Part shown: positions 1 through 6,582 of the stretch, one piece after another
Numbering within the stretch: the stretch's first letter is position 1
Layout of the letters: every line of letters starts with the position of its first letter
Assembly (NCBI RefSeq): GCF_006345805.1
Contig: NW_021829142.1
Coordinates: forward strand, 1 to 6,728
DNA length: 6,728 nucleotides
Reading direction: 5' to 3'
DNA from: Octopus sinensis
Taxonomy: Eukaryota
Made by a program: the position numbers and the translations under genes
Notes under the pieces: model-generated
The model's input: only the letters and a program-made list of their open reading frames with translations
Told to the model about the DNA's origin: nothing
Databases searched by the model: none

Positions 1-70
1 AATTTCACTAGCAGGCTATTCCGTTAATCGGATCAACTGGAACGTTCGTTTTCGTAACCGACGGAGTGCT
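1..70 (-). mobile_element. End of an interspersed repeat (probably SINE-like), cut by the window start
   Basis: The reverse complement reads AGCACTCCGTCGGTTACGAAAACGAACGTTCCAGTTGATCCGATTAACGGAATAGCCTGCTAGTGAAATT. It is CpG-rich against the AT-rich background and has an internal hairpin (TTCC-A-GTTGA...TTAAC-GGAA, 19-42). It resembles an abundant Octopus repeat from memory only. Confidence 0.5.
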
Positions 71-182
71 GGTTGTTTCTTATATGGCTTAATTTTATTC
101 TCTCCTCTACTGAGTCATCTCGTTCATCGCTTTGCATAAAAATGTATTTTCGGTTAGTACTATGAAACATTATGCAATATTA

Positions 183-596
183 GGCACAGGAGTGGCTGTG
201 TGGTAAGTAGCTTGTCTACCAACCACATGGTTCCGGCTTCAGTCCCACTGCGTGGCACTTTCGGCAAGTGTCTTCTACTATAGCCTCGGGCCGACCAAAG
301 CCTTGTGAGTGGATTTGGTAGACGGAAACTGAAAGAAGCCCGTCGTATATATGTATATATATGCGTGTGTGTGTGTTTGTGTTTCTGTGTTTGTCCCCTA
401 GCATTGCTTGACAACCGATGCTGGTGTGTTTATGTCCCCGTTACTTTGCGGTTCGGCAAAAGAGACCGATAGAATAAGTACTGGGCTTACAAAAGAATAA
501 GTCCCGGGGTCGAGGTTCTCGATTAAAGGCGGTGCTCCAGCATGGCCGCAGTCAAATGACTGAAACAAGTAAAAGAGTAAAAAGAGTAAAAGAGTA
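183..596 (+). mobile_element. tRNA-derived SINE, family A, near full length
   Basis: tRNA-like head with A box TGGCTGTGTGG (193-203) and B-box-like GCTTCAGTCC (236-245). Internal (TA)/(TG) microsatellite at about 345-392, central core at 462-523, and a 3' tail of about three AGTAAAA(A)G units (568-596). It matches my recollection of a very abundant Octopus SINE. No convincing TSD. Confidence 0.88.
193..245 (+). promoter_or_regulatory. Internal RNA Pol III type-2 promoter (A box + B box) of SINE A; B box degenerate
   Basis: TGGCTGTGTGG fits TRGCNNARYGG closely. The B box reads CTTCAGTCC instead of GTTCRANNC, so it is probably weakened. Confidence 0.65.
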
Positions 597-1240
597 TTAT
601 TATTAAAAGAGGAAACGACTGACATACGGAGAAATGGAAGAGGTACGCTGAGATCGAAACCAAAAAAAATATAATTAAAAAAAAAAACGAAAAAGACCTT
701 GCAAGTCAAACTATAATCCAATATTATATGAATGAGAATTAAAGGTAAAACTATCCTGTTCAATTCAGTACCACCATAACCACCATACTAGGCTTCTGAC
801 CCGAAACCCCACCGCCTAAAAGAAAGCAACAAAAAACTGAGATAAATATTCATAAAGAAGAGATAATAGAGAGGCACATAATAGTGATCATTGCAGACGA
901 TTTCTTGACTGGCTTTATTTACTATATAAAGCCGACGTTTCGTATTTTTATCCCTACGTATCAATGCTTGAGAAATCCTATCTTATCTCCTGGCTGCAGC
1001 TCCGGTCTCATGAAAAGGGTGTTGTTGAAAATTTTCCGATGGAATCTCCGGTTCCCAACCGTTTAGTTTTATGATGGAGCTGTCTTGAAATGAATGACTG
1101 GGTGATTTATAGAGAAATTACCGCGTCAGCATTTTGAGATTTAGATTAGGCATATGACTGCTTCGTGCATTTTCTTTTCAATGTGGATGGTTTGGTCCGT
1201 ACACAAATATAGAAAGTATAATCGCAGATGGCTAACAGAC

Positions 1241-1516
1241 GTATGTACGTACGTATGTATGTATGTATGTATGTATGTATGTATGTATGTATGTGTGTGT
1301 GTATGTGTGTGGTATGGTGTGTGTATGTATGCATATATATATATGTATACATAGGTACATATACATGTGCGCATATATATATATATATATATATATGCCT
1401 CTCTTTCTCTGTCTCTATCTCTCATGTAGATATATATATATAATATATATATATATATATTTATATATATATGTATGTATGTATACATGTATGTATGTAT
1501 ACATAGATACACACAT
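1241..1516. repeat. Compound microsatellite (TATG)n-(TG)n-(TA)n-(TC)n-(TA)n-(TATG)n
   Basis: Read directly. It generates the spurious MYVC/YIYI ORFs between 1141 and 1532. Confidence 0.97.
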
Positions 1517-1557
1517 ATCTGTCATTATGTAGGTGTTAATAAGACCATATGTAATTT

Positions 1558-1643
1558 CACATACACACACGCGCACACACACACACGCACACACACACGC
1601 AAACACACACACGCAAACACGCACACACATGCACACACACGCA
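1558..1643. repeat. (CA)n/(CACG)n microsatellite
   Basis: Read directly. Confidence 0.97.
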
Positions 1644-1900
1644 TAGAACTTAGTTTGGAATGAAAATGAAAATCAATTTGCATTACGATTTTGAATAAGC
1701 AGTCTATAGAAAATTGGAAATACACATCATCTACAAAAGTGAACTACCATCAAGAACCGAGAAAGACTAAAACAATACCGTTATTTATTCGGCATAAGTG
1801 GTGTACGCGCGTATTAGATGCACCTCACTTTTAACAGCGCATATTCAGGAAAACAGTGGTTAGTACTTTAAAGCATTTAATATGTAAAGCAATATAATAA

Positions 1901-2080
1901 GGCTGCGAGTTAGCAGAATCGTTAGTGAGCCGGGCAAGATACTTAGCGGTATTTCTTCCGTCTTTACGTTCTGAGTTTAAATTCCGTCGAGGTCGATAAA
2001 ATAAGTACCAGTTGAGAACTGGGGGTCGACGTAATCAACTTACAACTTCCCCCGAAATTACTGTCATTGAAACCAGTATT
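1901..2080 (+). mobile_element. tRNA-derived SINE, family B, copy B1 (internal deletions)
   Basis: Head GGCTGCGAGTTAGCAGAATCGTTAG with A box at about 1911-1921, B box GTTTAAATTCC (1975-1985), core GGTCGATAAAATAAGTACCAGTTG and tail ...TTGAAACCAGTATT. It aligns with the minus-strand copies at 5967-6582. Confidence 0.9.
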
Positions 2081-2093
2081 CAGTACAATCTGA

Positions 2094-2287
2094 GTCAGTG
2101 AACTGTCGAAATCGTTACTGCACAGGGCAAAAAGCATAGCGGCATTTCGTTTGAGTTCAAATTCCGCCGTGCTCGACTTTGTCTTGTATCCTTTCGGGGT
2201 CGATAAAATACGTATCAGTTGTAATCAATTCACCACCTCTCCCATCAAAATTTCTGGCCTCGTGCCAAAAATTCGAAACCTATATTT
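2094..2287 (+). mobile_element. tRNA-derived SINE, family B, copy B2 (diverged head, internal deletions)
   Basis: Intact B box GAGTTCAAATTCC (2153-2165), core CTTTGTCTTGTATCCTTTCGGGGTCGATAAAAT and tail GTGCCAAAAATTCGAAACC. Homologous to B1 and B3-B5. Confidence 0.88.
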
Positions 2288-2364
2288 AAAGCAATCTCAC
2301 AATACAATACAAAATATTACCATAGCTATAGCAGAAAACGTTACTCGAAAATATTACCTTAGCT

Positions 2365-3199
2365 ATGCGGTTTTTTATACTTTTATCTTTCAAAATTAAC
2401 ATATATCTGAAATATACTCTCCTTCATTTTCAACAATGCTCTTCCATCTATCTGGTTGACATGCAAGGATCCTCTTCCAAACTTCACTTGTCCATGACGA
2501 AAAATACACCTCCAGTACTGTTCTACAGAATTCATACTTTTTTCGTCCAAATGATTTTGAAGACAGCAAAATAAATGATAATTAGCCGAGGCAATGTCCT
2601 GCAAATATGGTGGGTGAGGCATTGTTTCCCATTCAAACTGCTCCAGCAAAGACAAGCACACATTCAGTCTCTGCGCGCAATTAGACTCGCAAGGTTTGTG
2701 AGAAACCCATTGACCCAATTTGCTGACTTTTCCGATGGCATGCAGGTGCAGACGAATGGTTGAATGATCAAATCCGAGCATTTTGCTAGTTCATCAACAG
2801 TTACGATGAGATTTTGTTCCACCAAAGTTTGTAGGACGTCCTCGTCGAGCTCTACAGATCTTTCAGGGCGAGGCTCGTCTTGTAGGCTGTAGCTTCCAGC
2901 TCGGAATTTCTGGAACCGCCGTTGACATTGGCTTATGCTTGTTGTCCGATTCCCACATACTGCATTGATATCCCTCGCACTTTCCGTTGCCGAATATGTT
3001 CCTTTGTCACTTCCATTACAGCTTTGAAATAATAACTGTTAAAATCAAACTGCACTCTTCAAAACTTGGACTAAGAATAAGGACAAAGTAAAATTACTAC
3101 CTGCTTTTATAGAAAGTTGATGCAGAGGTAGTTCATTCCTTCCCTCTCCGACTTTTAGTTCAAGCAGCTGAAAAAACTGCATTATTTATGGGATGACCC

Positions 3200-3201
<2 letters not shown>
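2365..3201 (-). mobile_element. Defective Tc1/mariner DNA transposon (mariner, D,D34D type), internally deleted
   Basis: Contains transposase remnants. The 5' TIR (minus strand TA|TTGGGTCATCCCATAAATAATGCAGTTTTTT, 3201-3171) abuts TA. At the other end only the inner 12 bp survive (ATGCGGTTTTTT, 2365-2376; 11/12 match to the reverse complement of 3171-3182). Confidence 0.92.
2396..3016 (-). pseudogene. Mariner transposase pseudogene (frameshifts; most of the catalytic domain deleted)
   Basis: Stitching frames gives MEVTKEHIR / ATESARDINAVCGNRTTSISQCQRRFQKFRAGSYSLQDEPRPERSVELDEDVLQTLVEQNLIVTVDELAK / LGFDHSTIRLHLHAIGKVSKLGQWVSHKPCESNCAQRLNVCLSLL|EQFEWETMPHPPYLQDIASANYHLFCCLQNHLDEKSMNSVEQ / VLEVYFSSWTSEVWKRILACQPDRWKSIVENEGEYISD. 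This shows both HTH regions, a WVPHEL-like WVSHKP, a YSPDLAPSD-like YLQDIASAN and the C-terminal 'PxRWxxxxxxxGxY'. The TGDEKW and HDNA motifs are absent. Confidence 0.95.

Positions 3202-3204
<3 letters not shown>

Positions 3205-3242
<38 letters not shown>
3205..3242. repeat. (TA)19 microsatellite between the mariner and the MITE
   Basis: Read directly. Confidence 0.97.
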
Positions 3243-3243
<1 letters not shown>

Positions 3244-3454
3244 GAGATGGGCGCTGAAAAGTTCCTGGTTTTGGGTAAAAGAAAATACAGGAGGATCTGT
3301 TAGCTATGATTTTGTTGAACATATTCTCCTCTTAGATTCACACCTTTATTGCAGCGGTGCTTTAGTTGTTTAAAAAACAGAAATTGCAAAGTTGGGCCTC
3401 CAGCCTGTCTTTTCGTGACACCCTTAAAGTGAGGAAGTTTTCGGCACCTCCTCC
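3243..3454. mobile_element. Mariner/Tc1-type MITE (212 bp)
   Basis: Imperfect ~30-bp TIRs: left CGAGATGGGCGCTGAAAAGTTCCTGGTTTT versus reverse-complemented right end GGAGGAGGTGCCGAAAACTTCCTCACTTT. TA lies on both sides (3241-3242, 3455-3456) and there is no coding capacity. Confidence 0.82.
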
Positions 3455-3470
3455 TATATATATATATATA

Positions 3471-3842
3471 CTAGCAGTATCGCCCGGCGTTGCTCGGGTT
3501 TGTAAGGGAAATAACTATAAAGCATTTTTAGAGAGTTATAGCCAAAAAATGGAAAAAAAAAATGATGGTAAATTTTTTTTAGTTAAAAAGGTCGAGTTGC
3601 GTCCCCTAGACAGTCTGTGGTTTGTGTTTCTGATTCTCGACCCCATGTCGAATTTATCGATTTTTTTCAGAACTGGGGGAACTTTTCAAAATTTCCGCTG
3701 CGTTAGTTTTGAATTATGACATTGGGCTATGCGTGTGTGTCAAGTTTCATCAGAATCGGTTGAAAGCCGTGGTCAGGGTGAGGGTACCACCTAACAGACA
3801 CACAGAAACACACACAGACAAACTGCCGTTTATATATATAGA
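3471..3842 (-). mobile_element. Non-autonomous Helitron (rolling-circle transposon)
   Basis: On the minus strand it begins A|TCTATATATATAAACGGCAG (TC at 3842-3841, or 3846-3845). It ends with the GC-rich hairpin CCCGAGCAACGCCGGG (3498-3483), 8 nt, then CTAG|T (3474-3471). These are the canonical Helitron marks: 5'-TC, 3' hairpin plus CTRR, insertion between A and T, no TSD. It carries an internal (CA)/(CAGA) tract. Confidence 0.85.
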
Positions 3843-3881
3843 TAGATATATATATATATACGTCGGAACGTTCACTAACCA

Positions 3882-3936
3882 TTACTCTGAGTTTCGGTAT
3901 TCGGTCGAAAACCTTAAGCTCAGAGTAAAGTTACTC
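3882..3936. other. Inverted-repeat (hairpin) element
   Basis: TTACTCTGAG (3882-3891) and CTCAGAGTAA (3919-3928) form a perfect 10-bp inverted repeat, with an inner stem TTTCG/CGAAA (3892-3896/3906-3910). A second TTACTC sits at 3931-3936. Confidence 0.7.
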
Positions 3937-4067
3937 AATTTTTCTGTTTACAATAAATAAGATAAATCTATACGATACGTGATGTGTTCCGTTTATTTTA
4001 CTTTTTCTTGTTTGCGGAATCCTTTGTGTCACATTATAAACACGCAGACACATATAAACGCATACAT

Positions 4068-4097
4068 TCACACACACGCGCACACACACACACACAC

Positions 4098-4130
<33 letters not shown>

Positions 4131-4406
4131 CACGCACGCACACACACCACACGCACGCACGCACACACACACCACGCACGCACGCCACACACACACACAC
4201 AACACACGCACGACACACCACACACACCACACGCACCACACACACACACAGTACGCACACACCACACACACGCACACACACACACACACACGACGCACGC
4301 ACACGCACGCACGCACGCACACGCACGCACACACACAACACAACGCAACCCACCCACACACCACACCACGCACGCACGCACACACACACACACACGCACG
4401 CACACC

Positions 4407-4445
<39 letters not shown>

Positions 4446-4555
4446 GCACACGCACGCACACACACACACGCACACACACACACACGCACGCACGCACACG
4501 CACACGCACGCACACACACACACACACACACACACGCACGCACACACGCACACAC

Positions 4556-4586
<31 letters not shown>
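4068..4586. repeat. Long (CA)n/(CACG)n compound microsatellite (~520 bp)
   Basis: Read directly. It is the source of the 171-230 aa HT/CV-repeat ORFs, which are not genes. Confidence 0.98.
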
Positions 4587-4592
<6 letters not shown>

Positions 4593-4767
4593 GAGTCAAA
4601 TGCACACACATATGCATACACACATTGTGTTCGTAAAAGTAAAATAAATAGTACTTTTGTACTCATACTTTTTTAAAAAGAAATATTGTATACATATCTT
4701 TCCTTTAAGCTGTTGAATACTCCATCCAGCTTGAGGTTATTCTTTGTCCTAAGCAATAAGCTAATCC

Positions 4768-4769
<2 letters not shown>

Positions 4770-4814
<45 letters not shown>

Positions 4815-4852
4815 TACACGCGCGCTCTCTATCTCTCTTTCTCTCACACACA
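4770..4852. repeat. Perfect (CA)21 followed by short (CG), (CT) and (CA) tracts
   Basis: Read directly. Confidence 0.97.
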
Positions 4853-5044
4853 CCACATACACCTATGAATGTATCTATGTATATATTGTAAGAATGAATA
4901 TATATTTGTGTGCTTGCCAGATCTTAGTAGGGTTTCGTAATATAGAGAAATTATTATCATTGCGACGTTATACAACAGAAATCGGAAAACTGAAATTTCA
5001 AAACACAAACAAAAAAACCCCAAATATATTCACACACAAAAAGC

Positions 5045-5064
5045 AAAAAAAAAAAAAAAAAAAA
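5045..5064. repeat. A20 homopolymer
   Basis: Read directly. Confidence 0.95.
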
Positions 5065-5230
5065 TGCAAAATCATATTTAAATATTTTATTGTTTTTCAA
5101 ACTCCAATGTGCTGGATTGATGGCTGTGGAGGCTCTTGTATGCTTCAGGGTATGTTTTCTTCGTCTTTAGAAATGTTTGTACATTCAGTCATCTGAAGCA
5201 AACGTTTGTAAGACGAATCTGTTAAGTTTC

Positions 5231-5250
5231 TTTTTTTTTTTTTTTTTTTT
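5231..5250. repeat. T20 homopolymer
   Basis: Read directly. Confidence 0.95.
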
Positions 5251-5966
5251 GTATCACCTTCCGGAATTGTAAATAAATAATTATAAAGTAAGGAAAGAAA
5301 ATAACAACAAAACTTGTGATAAAAATCAAACCTTAGAGCTACAGGTTACAAACAAACAAATGTTTCGAGAGGCAATGTAACTTTGTCACATTTTAGTTTT
5401 AGTTTTTACAACTTACAAGTTTTGCTGGTTAAAAATGTGAAAACTTTTCAATAATAAGGAAGTGATTATAAAAAGGAAAAGGAAAAGAGGAATCAGTCGC
5501 CAAAGAAGTATAGACTCAGGAGTAGTTTTTTTTGGGACATTAATTCTTTCCCAAACATTTGGCTTCAGGATCGAATCCTGATCGTCAAAGCACTTCTCAC
5601 CTTAAGAAAAGAGTTATCAAGGCATTTACAGTGCAGAGTTTTATTGTTTCTTTTTGTTCTAATTAATATTATACTTCATAAATACTTTTCAATATATGAA
5701 AAAGTACTAAATGTTGTGTAATTATCCTTACAATACAGAATAGATTGAACCAACAAAATGATGTAGAGAAAAGTTACAAATATAACGAGCAAATATGAAA
5801 TAAGGAATAAATAAATAACTATCGATGTTACGTCAAAACGAATGTGATTTTTGAATTTAGTGGCAAAAAAATGCATATATGAACTTAAAAAATACAAATA
5901 AACAATACGTGCGTTACATTCTGTTATCATTAGGCTTTTTAAACACATTCACCCCATGGAAATATC

Positions 5967-6165
5967 TCTTTTCTACTCGAGGCACATGGCTCGAAATTTT
6001 GGGGAAGGGGGCCAGTCGACTAGATCGACCCTAGTACACAACTGGTACTTAATTTATCGACCCCGAAAGGACGAAAGGCAAAGCTGACCTCAGTGGAATA
6101 TGAACTCAGAACGTAAAGACAGACGAAATACCGCTAAGCATTTCGTCCGGCGTGCTAACGTTTCT
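5967..6165 (-). mobile_element. SINE family B, monomer B3 (5'-truncated, A box clipped; tail ...GTGCCTCGAGTAGAAAAGA)
   Basis: B box GAGTTCATATTCC (6107-6095) and core CTTTGCCTTTCGTCCTTTCGGGGTCGATAAATTAAGTACCAGTTG. Homology to B5 stops after GCTAACGTTTCT (6165), inside the A box. Confidence 0.92.
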
Positions 6166-6349
6166 TATTTCTTCATTGCCCACAAGGGGCTAAATACAGA
6201 GGGGACAAACAAGGACAGACAAAGGGATAAAATCGATCACATCTACCTCAGTGTGAAACTGGTACTTAATTTATTGACACTGAAATGATGAAAAGCAAAG
6301 TTGACCTCGGTGGAATTTGAACTCAGAACGTAACGACAGACGAAATACC
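6166..6349 (-). mobile_element. SINE family B, monomer B4 (5'-truncated, no A box; long tail ending GAAATA)
   Basis: B box GAGTTCAAATTCC (6324-6312). It aligns with B5 over its whole length and stops at GAAATACC (6349). Confidence 0.92.
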
Positions 6350-6582
6350 TATTTCTTTACTACCCACAAGGGGCTAAACACAGAGGAGACAAACAAGGAC
6401 AGACAAACGGATTAAGTCGATTATATCGACTCCAGTGCGAAACTGGTACTTTATTTATCGACGCCGAAAGTATGAAAGGCAAAGTTGACCTCGGCGGAAT
6501 TTGAACTCAGAACGTAACGGCAGACGAAATACGGCTACGCATTTCGCCCGGCGTGCTAATGTTTCTGCCAACTCACCGCCTT
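6350..6582 (-). mobile_element. SINE family B, monomer B5 (full-length head)
   Basis: Head TAAGGCGGTGAGTTGGCAGAAACATTAGC with A box at about 6570-6560 and B box GAGTTCAAATTCC (6508-6496). Same tail type as B4 (...TTTAGCCCCTTGTGGGTAGTAAAGAAATA). Confidence 0.93.

Noticed and set aside
183-260. SINE heads (also 1901-1990 and 6490-6582) as tRNA genes
   Set aside because: A and B boxes are present, but I cannot fold a full cloverleaf, and each head continues into a SINE core and tail.
160-763. ORFs 160-414, 216-404 and 398-763 (-)
   Set aside because: They are antisense readings of SINE A and A-rich flanks.
734-819. Patchy similarity to a minus-strand family-B SINE (AAAGGTAAA, TTCAATTCAGTAC, CACCGCCTAA)
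   Set aside because: The alignment needs several gaps in AT-rich sequence and cannot be told from chance without a profile search.
1141-1725. Multiple 60-123 aa ORFs on both strands
   Set aside because: They come from (TATG)n, (TA)n and (CA)n repeats and have no protein-like content.
1776-1862. Possible Tc2/pogo-like MITE end (TA|CCGTTATTTATTCGGCATAAG...GCGTATTAGATGCACC) and a 9-bp inverted match TACCGTTAT to 6718-6726
   Set aside because: The resemblance is from memory and degenerate, there is no convincing partner TIR nearby, and the distant match does not extend beyond 9 bp.
2383-2781. 132-aa ORF as a functional transposase
   Set aside because: It is a mid-gene fragment opened by a frameshift, lacks two catalytic motifs and goes out of frame after NSVEQ. 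Reported as a pseudogene.
3366-3960. ORFs 3366-3719 and 3709-3960
   Set aside because: They run across MITE, (TA)n and Helitron boundaries and show no Rep/helicase or transposase motifs.
3931-4676. Five overlapping ORFs of 171-230 aa (HT- or CV-rich)
   Set aside because: They are translations of a (CA)n/(TG)n microsatellite, which has no stop codons in any frame.
5545-5581. T-arm/B-box-like hairpin TCAGGAT-CGA-ATCCTGA preceded by weak similarity to the SINE A head
   Set aside because: It could be a very old tRNA-SINE relic, but there is no A box or downstream body, so it is too short to call.
6166-6582. Recurring ~185-bp units as a CRISPR array or satellite
   Set aside because: The units are diverged SINE monomers with Pol III boxes. 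There is no short-repeat/unique-spacer pattern, no cas genes, and the context is eukaryotic.
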